Below, one piece after another: positions 16,896 to 25,792 of a stretch of DNA of 30,599 nucleotides; the first letter of the stretch is position 1; each line of letters begins with the position of its first letter. The DNA is from Chthonomonadales bacterium (lineage in GTDB: Bacteria; Armatimonadota; Chthonomonadetes; Chthonomonadales; CAJBBX01). The stretch spans positions 1-30,599 of the forward strand of contig JBDUAM010000021.1 in the NCBI GenBank assembly GCA_040004655.1, written 5' to 3'. The notes below the pieces were generated by a model, which saw only the letters and a list, made by a program, of their open reading frames with translations, made no database searches and had not been told where the DNA came from. The position numbers were made by a program, and so were the translations under genes.

Positions 16896-17357
16896 ATGAG
16901 AACCAGTCACTGTTACATGTTCGTAGTCGCCAGCATGATCGCTGGAATGACGTTGATAAAACCAACAACCGCCTTTGCCCAACATCATCCAAAAATGAGT
17001 GAAAAGGCTACCGCAAAGGGTGAAATGGCGTCTGGCAACATGATGGCCGATTGCATGAAGATGATGGAAAAACATAAACAGATGCAAACCATGATGGCGG
17101 GTATGGACAAGAAGCTTGCAGATATGAATGCCACCGTCAAGGCAAGAACAGGCTCCGAAAAAATGGATGCCATGGCAGCCCTAGTCTCTGAAATGGTAAT
17201 GCAGCGTAAACAGATGAACGAAAAGATGGCCACAATGCAATCAGAAATGATGCAGCACATGATGAAGCATATGTCGATGGGTTCCAATTCAATGATGACG
17301 TGCCCGATGATGAAGGGTATGGACATGAAGGCCATGAAAGGCATGAAAGGGATGTAA
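16896..17357 (+). CDS. Secreted methionine-rich helical protein
   Basis: GAGGAG RBS; signal peptide ending AFA-QHH; 38 of 153 residues are Met; CPMM motif and MKG repeats at the C-terminus. Confidence 0.85.
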   Translation: MRTSHCYMFVVASMIAGMTLIKPTTAFAQHHPKMSEKATAKGEMASGNMMADCMKMMEKHKQMQTMMAGMDKKLADMNATVKARTGSEKMDAMAALVSEMVMQRKQMNEKMATMQSEMMQHMMKHMSMGSNSMMTCPMMKGMDMKAMKGMKGM

Positions 17358-17381
17358 CTGCAGGTTGCCGTGCAACGCCTG

Positions 17382-18035
17382 TCACGGTTTCGTGGCAGGC
17401 ATTTTGTTTGAGTGGGTCTGGTTGCGAATGATTTTAGACGGACCTGGAATAACAGGCACAAACGCTTTCCCATTCCATCTCAAATATCTTTCAACGACAT
17501 TTGATCCAACGTATCGTCCTGTGCCAAGAAGGGCTTCGTCGTCCCATTGACGGATGGGCCAAACCTCCCGGATCTGCCACGATTCCCCAACTTTCTCCAT
17601 GCTGGTCCATACTCGACCGGTGTTCTGTTCATATAACGTCTTCAGACGATGACCATCAAAATCATAGATAGCAGAGTACACCCTGCCTAGTATGAGGCTG
17701 ATGAACACTTGTTTGTGGTCTTTACGCACAAAATTGCCCGCCTGAAACTTGGCGTCATTGAGAAAGCTTTCGCCAATCGCTTTCTCACCCAGAGTTTTGT
17801 GACCTTTGTTCTCTGCGGCAATAATTTTGAGTTTGAATGATCCTGCAACGCCACTGTCCTCTGGTGTGAAGAGCCATTCGGCGGTGACTGTTTGTTTATT
17901 TATTATTCCCAGATTTGCGCGCTTAACGACTCGCTCTGACGGCAATTTGCATGGCGCAGGCGACTGGGGTCTGGTGAGAGTGGACATTAACCAGAAACAG
18001 AGAACCGGCAATATTGTTGCCATTTTTGAATTCAA
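17382..18035 (-). CDS. Hypothetical secreted protein
   Basis: 217-aa ORF with an N-terminal hydrophobic segment (start may be ATG 18023); no recognised domain. Confidence 0.65.
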   Translation of the reverse strand: MNSKMATILPVLCFWLMSTLTRPQSPAPCKLPSERVVKRANLGIINKQTVTAEWLFTPEDSGVAGSFKLKIIAAENKGHKTLGEKAIGESFLNDAKFQAGNFVRKDHKQVFISLILGRVYSAIYDFDGHRLKTLYEQNTGRVWTSMEKVGESWQIREVWPIRQWDDEALLGTGRYVGSNVVERYLRWNGKAFVPVIPGPSKIIRNQTHSNKMPATKP

Positions 18036-18047
18036 ATTGAATCCCTC

Positions 18048-19058
18048 CTAACCAATTGCCAATGAGAGAACGTGACCGCAGCAAATGAAGCTCAGCCCAC
18101 TCTCGTCTGGAAGCCATTCGATGTCGTAACAATTGGCGTCGCGTTTTTCCGTTTTGCCCTCAAGATTTTGGATGAAATCGTAATCGATAGGAAAGATCGG
18201 GCCGATTTGCTTTCCAAAGATGTCGGTCATCAGAACTGTTTGGTCTCGCTTTTGACCATCCCATCGGCCCAGCAACCACCCCAGCCGCTCACTTGCAGGT
18301 GCGAGACAGGTTTCTGACACCGTGTAGCCCGGCGGCATAACCATTTTCTTTCGGCGTGCGGAGGGAGCCTCATCATCCAGGTTCATTCGGGATACGTATT
18401 GAACCTCTGTTTCGTCGGGTTCCAGTTGCAGTTTTCGACCCGTAGAACTGACGACGACGCTCGTTCCGCTCAATGTTGTTCCCACACACGTTCCGTGATG
18501 AAGATTGAATACCTCCTTCGTGGAAAATGCTGCGCCGCCGTGCTCACAGACTTCCACTTCAATGAACGAATTGCACGTTTCCGAACAAAACGGTTCTGCC
18601 CATCTGCGGCTATCTGAAAACCAGAGCACACTTTCATCTGAAAACCAGAGTTTGTCGAAGTCGTTTTCAAGATCATTTAGTCGGGAATGATGGGTTAACT
18701 CAGAGAGGTCAGTTTTAGCTGATACCCAATCTCGATCTACCCCATACCAGCAGATGCGCTGCCTGTCCGGCGAAGTTTCAGCAATAACAGGCAGAATGGC
18801 GACCTCTTTGCGAATAAGCTTCTTGTCCATTCCAAAATACTGAACTGGCATGGTGCAAACTAAGGGTCGATGCTCCTCTGGAATTTCGCAATCCAATAAC
18901 TGTCCGTCGTTACAATCGTAATGGAATACTCGAAATGATCGGCTGGAATCGTCCGGCACAAACAGGAGGGAAACCGAATCGGTAATCCAGCGCTTGTAGA
19001 GATTTTGGCGAAAAGTTGTCGTGAACGCGATTCGCATCTTATCAAAAGTTGTTGTCAA
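18048..19058 (-). CDS. Hypothetical protein, possibly beta-propeller/TolB-like
   Basis: 336-aa ORF with beta-rich segments such as YDIEWLPDESGLSF; start uncertain (TTG 19058 or ATG 19037). Confidence 0.6.
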   Translation of the reverse strand: MTTTFDKMRIAFTTTFRQNLYKRWITDSVSLLFVPDDSSRSFRVFHYDCNDGQLLDCEIPEEHRPLVCTMPVQYFGMDKKLIRKEVAILPVIAETSPDRQRICWYGVDRDWVSAKTDLSELTHHSRLNDLENDFDKLWFSDESVLWFSDSRRWAEPFCSETCNSFIEVEVCEHGGAAFSTKEVFNLHHGTCVGTTLSGTSVVVSSTGRKLQLEPDETEVQYVSRMNLDDEAPSARRKKMVMPPGYTVSETCLAPASERLGWLLGRWDGQKRDQTVLMTDIFGKQIGPIFPIDYDFIQNLEGKTEKRDANCYDIEWLPDESGLSFICCGHVLSLAIG

Positions 19059-19311
19059 TTCATAATTCCGATTACCTGAAATTGGGTCGACATTTGACCA
19101 TGAAAACTCATTCTATCGTACCATTCTTTCGGGGAAGCGATCGACCAAGAATGTTGCTCCAATTTCACAAAAAATTTTTCATAAAAACTATAGACTCCAA
19201 TACATGCAATTTGAGTATAATGGAAATTGGTAACGGCAATTACCCTTTGCTGTGCGTGCACATAGCTCCTTCACTGGCATAAGCCAGCCCCTTGCTCGAA
19301 AGGAGTTTGTC

Positions 19312-19965
19312 ATGGTTAGACGTTATATGCATAAGTCACTACTTGCCATTGCAATTGCTGTGTTGTGTTCACTCACCGTTATACATGCTTCAGCCCAGGT
19401 AGCAGGTAACAACCCGCTCATCACAGTAGATGAGAACGGAAATGGCTCCATCCAATTCTCGGGATCTCCGCCAACAAACATGCCCGGCGTGTTGTTAGCT
19501 GATCCGGGTCCTGGTGGTCTTGGAAGTGCACTGACCTACAATCTACTTGGTCCACCATCCCTTGTCGCCGGTGACCTCGTAATGACTGAGCCATCGGATG
19601 GTTCCATCACTGACCTGATTAGATTTAATCCCTCAGGGACAGGAGGGCAAAACTTCTCATCCCTTGTATTCTATTCAGACAATGCTGACGGTGTGGATTC
19701 ATTGGCTGACAAGGGATTCCCTCAAAGTCGATATACCAATGTGGTATTCGTAACCGAGACTGGTCCAGAAGCAGGACCCAACGGATTCGTTTACACACCA
19801 ACCGCCAACCAACCGGGATTTGTCGCTGGATTTAATGTAACCTATAACATCATCAGTGATCCAGGCGTCAGTGTACCGGAGCCGGGTAGTGTAACGTTGT
19901 TACTAGGCCTCGCTGTACCTGGAACCGCATTGGCATTTCGACGACTACGCCGTCGAACCAAATAG
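19312..19965 (+). CDS. PEP-CTERM sorting-signal surface protein
   Basis: Signal peptide; C-terminal VPEPGS, TM helix, RRLRRRTK; start at ATG 19312 with AAGGAG RBS. Confidence 0.92.
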   Translation: MVRRYMHKSLLAIAIAVLCSLTVIHASAQVAGNNPLITVDENGNGSIQFSGSPPTNMPGVLLADPGPGGLGSALTYNLLGPPSLVAGDLVMTEPSDGSITDLIRFNPSGTGGQNFSSLVFYSDNADGVDSLADKGFPQSRYTNVVFVTETGPEAGPNGFVYTPTANQPGFVAGFNVTYNIISDPGVSVPEPGSVTLLLGLAVPGTALAFRRLRRRTK

Positions 19966-19997
19966 AAAATTCGTATCGACGGTGTTGTAAAGATGTG

Positions 19998-20028
19998 AAC
20001 CCGACCTGCTGCCGCAGGTCGGGTTTTT
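19998..20028 (+). terminator. Intrinsic terminator after the PEP-CTERM gene
   Basis: aacccgacctgc-tgcc-gcaggtcgggtt followed by a T-run. Confidence 0.88.
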
Positions 20029-20171
20029 GCGTTTTAGATAGGTCTCAATTTCATTTCAAAATCCCGCGGCGGGAGAGAATGGGTGCAATTTCAGCCAATC
20101 CCGGATAAAATATGAAAGTCTTTGATATTCACTCAAGTCTTGCGCCTACAGTAAAGTGAACTGAGGGAAAC

Positions 20172-20444
20172 ATGTCAGAACTAATGGTGAAAATTGAAAT
20201 TGAACCGCTTGATGAAGGTGGATATTTGGCAACGAGCGATGTTCTCGAAGGACTGATTGCTCAGGGTAGAACGGTTGCCGAAACGCTTGAAATTGCGCAA
20301 GATGTAGCTCGAAAGATCGTGGAGTCGTACTTGGAACACGGTGATCCATTGCCAGACGCTTTAAAGGGCATCGCGTTTTCAAAGAACTCAGAAAGAGGTT
20401 TTCGAATACCGATAGGAATGGATGGCGATAGGACCCCGGTTTGA
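20172..20444 (+). CDS. hicB: HicB-family antitoxin (short, no C-terminal DNA-binding domain)
   Basis: IEPLDEGGYLATSDVLEGLIAQGRTVAETLEIAQDVARKIVE, partial RNase H-like HicB pattern. Confidence 0.88.
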   Translation: MSELMVKIEIEPLDEGGYLATSDVLEGLIAQGRTVAETLEIAQDVARKIVESYLEHGDPLPDALKGIAFSKNSERGFRIPIGMDGDRTPV

Positions 20445-20662
20445 GTAAAATACCACCGTTGACATATTCAGACCTGGCAAAGCTACTCCGTAAACACGGT
20501 TTCCACTTTGATCGCATGGCCAAGAGCAGTCACGAGATCTGGTGGAGCCCAGATACTAAAAAACGACTTACTGTGCCGCATCACTCCGGTTCCATTCCCA
20601 TTGGCACTATTCGAGCTATCATCAAAGCAACTGGAATGGACGCCGACGAATTTCTAAAATAG
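20441..20662 (+). CDS. hicA: HicA-family toxin (dsRBD-like mRNA interferase)
   Basis: TTGA overlap with hicB; LRKHGF...SSHEIW...TVPHH...IPIGTIRAIIK. Confidence 0.9.
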   Translation: MSKIPPLTYSDLAKLLRKHGFHFDRMAKSSHEIWWSPDTKKRLTVPHHSGSIPIGTIRAIIKATGMDADEFLK

Positions 20663-20698
20663 ATTATTGTTGAAATACACTTTTTTGTCGTCAAACAA

Positions 20699-21832
20699 TC
20701 AGTTAGTCGCCAATTCAATTACAGAGTCTATGTTCATCTCCCTTCCCACCGACCACAGTCGATCAAACTCGTCGGAATTCCCAATCTTCGATCTTACCAA
20801 AGTTACCACATCTGTATACTCCGTTACATCAGACGTTGGCAGCGGTGAACCCAGCGATTCCCGCATCGCCTCCGCTTTACCGAGTAATGTTGCTGCCAAA
20901 TTTGCATCACCTAATCGCGCCGAAAGATAACCAAGGTTCTCCAGCGAAAGCAAAATTCCGTGCATGTCATTGGCTGCGACTCTAAGATTCAGGCTCTCGA
21001 TCTGGTACTGCTGGGCAGCCTTGAAGTCACCAAGGCATTCGGCGGCAATCCCCATATTTCCAAGCGACCCGGAAATTGAATCGCCGATCTCCCGCTTTAT
21101 GGCGAGACTCACGCGGTGGTAGTCCAGCGCGCGCTGGAAATCTCCACTCTGGTACGCGACGTTCCCAAGATTGTTGTATGCAGATGCAGTCAGTCGAGGA
21201 TCGGCGAGCTTTTGGGAAATCGCAAGGCACTCCTCAAGCAGCGTACGTGCTGAGTTGAGGTCACCAAGCTCTTTGGCGATGACGCCAGCGCCATTCAGCG
21301 TGCGAACCCGCTCAACAGATGGCTTGTCTGCACCGGGTCGATTCAACGCGAGATTGCAACAAGTCTTACCCTCTTCCAGATGCCCCCGCTTCCACCAGAA
21401 GCGCTGCAGCGCTCCACAGAATCGAAGGAGGCGCGAAGGATCATCATCCTCCAGGCAGTGGTGCATTGCAGCGAGGATGTTGGCATGATCTGCAGTTAAC
21501 CGGTCGAGCCACGCTGTCTGGTCCGGACCATTGAGCAGCGGATGCGACGTTTCTGCCAACGAGAGAAAATAATCCGCATGTCGGCGGCGAGGAGCATCTC
21601 GTGTATCTGCAGGAAAGTTAGCCATGGACAGGTCCTGGGACAAAGTGTATCGAGGTTCAGTAATCGAATCCAATGGTAATATCAGGCCGATGTCTACCAG
21701 ACCCGAATGCAGCTCTGCAACTTCTTCGCCCTTTACAACGCAGACGTGCAGCATTGCCTCGAGGGTCCAGCTGATTGCAAAGATTTGGAGCTGGGATACG
21801 AGAAGACCTTCGGGTAAAGTTGGCTGTCGCAT
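20699..21832 (-). CDS. TPR-repeat protein resembling the C-terminal half of a STAND-type ATPase-TPR protein
   Basis: LQIFAISWTLEAMLHVC, HADYFLSLAE, WLDRLTADHANILAA, FWWKRGHLEEG, then TPRs (AYNNLGNVAYQSGDFQRA). No P-loop. Confidence 0.78.
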   Translation of the reverse strand: MRQPTLPEGLLVSQLQIFAISWTLEAMLHVCVVKGEEVAELHSGLVDIGLILPLDSITEPRYTLSQDLSMANFPADTRDAPRRRHADYFLSLAETSHPLLNGPDQTAWLDRLTADHANILAAMHHCLEDDDPSRLLRFCGALQRFWWKRGHLEEGKTCCNLALNRPGADKPSVERVRTLNGAGVIAKELGDLNSARTLLEECLAISQKLADPRLTASAYNNLGNVAYQSGDFQRALDYHRVSLAIKREIGDSISGSLGNMGIAAECLGDFKAAQQYQIESLNLRVAANDMHGILLSLENLGYLSARLGDANLAATLLGKAEAMRESLGSPLPTSDVTEYTDVVTLVRSKIGNSDEFDRLWSVGREMNIDSVIELATN

Positions 21833-21880
21833 TGGTGAAATCTGCCTATCCCGTAATGATTTGGCAGTCGGCCAGTTAAC

Positions 21881-22735
21881 CTACGTGCAATATCTTTGTT
21901 TGTGCTCCGCTTGCGTAGATTCCTGCGGTGAAGCCTTCACGCCCGTCACCTCTTTGAAGAATTTGACGGTGAGCGCCGGAGCTTCTTTCGGGTAGGTGTG
22001 GTTGCCAGGAAATATCGCTGTGACAAACGGAGTTCCAGTGGACGATGGGTACATCGTGCAGACCAGATCGCCCGATTTTGCCCACTCTTTGCCGGTTGTG
22101 GAGCAGCCGTCGACTTTCATCACAGCGTCCATGCAGCGTTTTTGCCAGGCGAATTTGACCAGTGGATCAGACTCGCCCCCGATGTGGATGGCCGGTTTGG
22201 GTTTGAGTGAGTTGGCACGCAGGGTAAATGCGGCTGCCGGAGCGAATGCCGCGAAGACATCGGGTCGTTCGGACCAGAGCAGATAGGTAAATCCACCGCC
22301 ATTAGAGTGGCCTGCCGCGAAAATTCGCTTCTCGTCGATCAGGTAATCCTTTTTCATGGAGGTCAGTACCGTGTCAAAGAACTTGAGGTCGCGATCGCCT
22401 TGCAATCCAACTCGACCCTGCCATCCGTTTTTGAGTCCCTGCGGATCTGTCAATCCACCGGGAGTCGGCAAACCCTGCATGTAAACCACAATCGCTTCGG
22501 GCCACTCTCGGTGGTAGTGATACGCATTCATAGAGTATCGCATGTTGCCACCGTGCCCGTGAAAGGCAAAGATGAGCGGGGATTTCGATTTGGTCGCCGC
22601 CGCCGGAGCATAGACCAGCGCCTGACGTTCTACACCGCCGATCTTCCAACTGCGCTCGGTCGGCGTGGGGATTTGGGCGCGGCTAATCAGCGAGAAAGAT
22701 AGCAGAAGTGCAAGTGAGAGGATCAGGTTGCGCAA
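21881..22735 (-). CDS. Secreted alpha/beta-hydrolase esterase (PHB depolymerase/LpqC-like)
   Basis: Signal peptide; IFAFHGHGG oxyanion region; nucleophile motif GHSNGG; D in DPLV; H in GNHTYP; AAGGAG RBS with TTG start. Confidence 0.88.
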   Translation of the reverse strand: MRNLILSLALLLSFSLISRAQIPTPTERSWKIGGVERQALVYAPAAATKSKSPLIFAFHGHGGNMRYSMNAYHYHREWPEAIVVYMQGLPTPGGLTDPQGLKNGWQGRVGLQGDRDLKFFDTVLTSMKKDYLIDEKRIFAAGHSNGGGFTYLLWSERPDVFAAFAPAAAFTLRANSLKPKPAIHIGGESDPLVKFAWQKRCMDAVMKVDGCSTTGKEWAKSGDLVCTMYPSSTGTPFVTAIFPGNHTYPKEAPALTVKFFKEVTGVKASPQESTQAEHKQRYCT

Positions 22736-22876
22736 GGGAATTCTCCTTACCGGAAGCGAACATGAATGGATTAGTAGCGAGTATTGGTTGTTTGGACGGT
22801 TAGAAGTACAAATTGTTCACACAATCAGGTCGATAGCAACAGATGGGTCGTGGTTAAAAAAAGCCAACTCTTGCTA

Positions 22877-24229
22877 TTACTTCATCAACTGGCCAACTAA
22901 CAATATCGATCCCGGATAGAACGCAGTATCGTTATAACGCTCCGGTCGATCCATCTTCTCGTTTCGTTGCTTCAGGATGGCGACCTTGTCTGGCTGGTCA
23001 GGATGAATGGTGATCCGAACGGTGTGCTCTTTGTCCGGCAGGTCCGATCCGATCATGAGGGTTGCCAGTCGATGGTAAGTGCAGAAGGCATCAAAGCGCG
23101 GTACGGTACGCGCAGGCAAATCATCCAGCTTGATCACCACCTGCCCGCAATCGGGGCCGATGATATCGTAGATGGCTGCGTAGGTGCCTTTGAACTTGAA
23201 CGCAATCGTCTCCCCGGCCTTTGCGCTGCGATAGAGTCCACCTGTCTGCGCGGCGAAATTCCGCGCAACGGGATTGGCTGTGGGATCGAGTTTCGCAAAT
23301 CCGGCGGAGAGCTGTTCTGGACCAAGTGGAATCAGCTTCGCCTGTTCATAATTGGCGGCGTCCATCGGTTTTGGCAGATTATGTTTGCGTGGTTTGCCAC
23401 TCGCCGATTTGATGGGTATCATCGACCGGATAATGGCTTGCAAATAGAGTTCGTGTCCGGTTTCAGGATAAGGGTGGACCCCGTCAGCGGCAAACACGAC
23501 CTTGTCTCCGAGCGCCAGTTTCTCGGCATCGGTTTTTGGCAATGGCGCCTGCCAGAGTAGTCTTCCTGCCTTCGCGAGGGAGGCGACCTCCATGGCCATA
23601 TGGATGCTCGGGATTCCGTAGTGATCTGCGACTTGCTCCATGGCGCTCGCGGCCCGTGGAAACTTGCCGTCAAACATCGGTGGGGCAAGGCTCTCCGTCA
23701 CCGTGTAGACAAAGCAGATATCGCAGTTGGGCAGAAATCGCCACGTCTGCCGGACGATTCCCTCCACGCATCGGTATATCTGCTCCGGTGGGACTCCACC
23801 GTCGTTGACCGCGAATTCTACAAAGAGCAGGTCCGGATTTTTGTCCAGCACATCCTGCTTCAGGCGAAACACCCCCAGGTCGGATCCCGTGCCGCCAATG
23901 GCCGCGTTGACCTCTGAGAATTTAGCCTCCGGGTATGTCTTCTGGAAATAGGCGAGAGTCTTTGGTCGCCAACCAGCCTGCGCGGTGATGGACCCACCCA
24001 AATAGGCGATCTTGATCTCCGAACCCGTCTTGTTGGCTTTAGCCAGGAAATTTGAGAGTCCCGTTCGAGGTCGACACTCTTGCGCGGAGGCAAGTGGGAA
24101 ATTCTGGGTCTCATGCGGATAGTCAAGAGTAATGGCCGGTGTTAGAAGTGCGGTTTTCAGGAAGTCGCGGCGAGTTGGGTTAGTCACGGTTTTGTTCCTC
24201 AACACACTATTGTCAAATAACGATTTCAT
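22877..24229 (-). CDS. Tat-exported SGNH/GDSL-family hydrolase
   Basis: Tat motif TRRDFLK; block I YLGGSIT, block III VEFAVND, block V DGVHP. Confidence 0.9.
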   Translation of the reverse strand: MKSLFDNSVLRNKTVTNPTRRDFLKTALLTPAITLDYPHETQNFPLASAQECRPRTGLSNFLAKANKTGSEIKIAYLGGSITAQAGWRPKTLAYFQKTYPEAKFSEVNAAIGGTGSDLGVFRLKQDVLDKNPDLLFVEFAVNDGGVPPEQIYRCVEGIVRQTWRFLPNCDICFVYTVTESLAPPMFDGKFPRAASAMEQVADHYGIPSIHMAMEVASLAKAGRLLWQAPLPKTDAEKLALGDKVVFAADGVHPYPETGHELYLQAIIRSMIPIKSASGKPRKHNLPKPMDAANYEQAKLIPLGPEQLSAGFAKLDPTANPVARNFAAQTGGLYRSAKAGETIAFKFKGTYAAIYDIIGPDCGQVVIKLDDLPARTVPRFDAFCTYHRLATLMIGSDLPDKEHTVRITIHPDQPDKVAILKQRNEKMDRPERYNDTAFYPGSILLVGQLMK

Positions 24230-24286
24230 TTCCTTCTATCAAGTGTATAAAGGTTGTCCGATACTTGTCTAGACTATCGGAGCGAC

Positions 24287-24315
24287 TTGCAGAAATGTGA
24301 CTTTGGTGATAAAAT
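24287..24315 (+). promoter_or_regulatory. Sigma70 promoter of vapBC, leaderless geometry
   Basis: TTGCAG-N17-TAAAAT with a TG extension; ATG at 24322 is 6 nt after the -10; no SD. Confidence 0.65.
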
Positions 24316-24321
24316 GTTTTT

Positions 24322-24585
24322 ATGCGAACAACTATTGATATTCCCGAGCCTCTTCTGCGTCGCGCCAAGGCGACGGCCGCCATGCGGGGGATGAAACTTA
24401 AGGATCTGATCACATCTTTTGTCGAGAGTGGCCTGGAAAACAATGTGCCTGTTCAGGAGGCCCGTGGGAACCACGGCCCATTGCCGGTATTCCTAAGGAC
24501 TAATTCTGTTGTTCCTTCGCTTTCCAACGCCGAGATCGAAGCCATTCTCATCAAGGAAGAGTTAGAGTCTCTTGCCAGATATTGA
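24322..24585 (+). CDS. vapB: VapB-like ribbon-helix-helix antitoxin
   Basis: MRTTIDIPEPLLRRAKATAAMRGMKLKDLI, RHH pattern; overlaps the PIN gene. Confidence 0.85.
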   Translation: MRTTIDIPEPLLRRAKATAAMRGMKLKDLITSFVESGLENNVPVQEARGNHGPLPVFLRTNSVVPSLSNAEIEAILIKEELESLARY

Positions 24586-25006
24586 TTTGCTGGATATCAA
24601 CGTTTGGATCGCATTGACTTGTCCGGATCATGATCATTACGCTCGCGCAGAGCGATATTGGAAGGAGGAAGCGGCGAATCAATTTGCTTTCTGTTCATTA
24701 ACTATGTTGGGGTTGGTGCGTACGTGCAGTAACGCTCCAATTTTCAACGGCGCACCAATTTCAGTACAAGAGGCATGGGCAATTTATCAACGTTGGTCAA
24801 GCAGGAGCGACGTGACTTGTATAATCGAGTCACACAACTGCAGAGCCATGCTAAACGAATTTGTACTTAATGGGGCTAACACGCGCCGAACCTGGACGGA
24901 TTGCTATTTAGCAGCTTTAGCCAAATCAACAGGCTCCCGTCTGGTCTCATTTGACTCAGATTTCAACAGATTTGATGGGCTGAATTTCCTGCATTTGAAG
25001 GTATAA
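24572..25006 (+). CDS. vapC: VapC PIN-domain ribonuclease toxin
   Basis: PIN acidic residues LLDINVWIAL, WTDCYLAALA, VSFDSDF. Confidence 0.9.
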   Translation: MPDIDLLDINVWIALTCPDHDHYARAERYWKEEAANQFAFCSLTMLGLVRTCSNAPIFNGAPISVQEAWAIYQRWSSRSDVTCIIESHNCRAMLNEFVLNGANTRRTWTDCYLAALAKSTGSRLVSFDSDFNRFDGLNFLHLKV

Positions 25007-25013
25007 ATTGAAT

Positions 25014-25036
25014 AGCCCATTCCGGTCAAATGGGTT
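25014..25036. terminator. Weak hairpin between convergent vapC and protease genes
   Basis: agcccatt-ccggtca-aatgggtt; no clear U-tract. Confidence 0.35.
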
Positions 25037-25059
25037 GAATCTTGATCTAAACAATCACG

Positions 25060-25431
25060 TTAAGTTCGCGCGGAAATCCGTACGTCTCCACCGTCTATCG
25101 CATCAATAAAAAGTGTATCGCCTTGTAGTAGCGACATTCCGAGAAGAAATCCGCCATCAGTGACAAGCGCCGTCACCTGACGTAAAGAGCCATCCCAACT
25201 GACATTGATGTCGTAGATTGCAAAGTCGACTGATTGACCATTAGCAAGTTCGAATGACCGAATCTCGCGAAATGGCAGGTCCAAAATAAGAACAATTTCC
25301 GGAGTTATTGTCAGAAACCCATCGAAGCCCGTGTCAACTGCAGTATCAACTATCGTCGAAGTGCCTTGTTCAGACTTCAATTCCAATCTTACGATTGCTT
25401 GTTTAGACGCGTCAACCTTACCAGAAATCAT
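25060..25431 (-). CDS. Clan AA (retropepsin-like) aspartic protease, AF_0612-type
   Basis: Single-domain 123 aa with the catalytic motif AVDTGFDGFL and C-terminal FLLGMSLL. Confidence 0.88.
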   Translation of the reverse strand: MISGKVDASKQAIVRLELKSEQGTSTIVDTAVDTGFDGFLTITPEIVLILDLPFREIRSFELANGQSVDFAIYDINVSWDGSLRQVTALVTDGGFLLGMSLLQGDTLFIDAIDGGDVRISART

Positions 25432-25697
25432 TTGGCGTGTCGGTTGGAATTGCCCCCGACCTTACCCCATGCAGCATGGCCAATCCGCATACCATATCGA
25501 ATTCCATTCGGTCGTTTCTCGCGAGCACGAGCTGAAGCAACTTCTCCATCTACATCCATCTCGTATTCGCCCGTCTCTATGTCTATGACTATGTACTTGC
25601 CGGAATTCAATGGTTCCAACAGGGAGCGCAGTTTTGACTCGTAAAGTTCGCGGCCCCGGTCAGCAATCTCAGATGGGTTTGTATGCAATTGGCTCAT
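25428..25697 (-). CDS. Small hypothetical protein coupled to the aspartic protease (DUF5678-like)
   Basis: GAGGTG RBS; ATGA overlap with the protease start; GKYIVIDIETGEY pattern. Family name is from memory and needs an HMM check. Confidence 0.75.
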   Translation of the reverse strand: MSQLHTNPSEIADRGRELYESKLRSLLEPLNSGKYIVIDIETGEYEMDVDGEVASARAREKRPNGIRYGMRIGHAAWGKVGGNSNRHAK

Positions 25698-25792
25698 GAT
25701 GACACCTCAAATGGTTCTCAGATATGGAATTATATCCTAATTGTTGCATTATGCTTCGTAGGAACTTTCAATTTGACCAACTCAGCCGTGAA

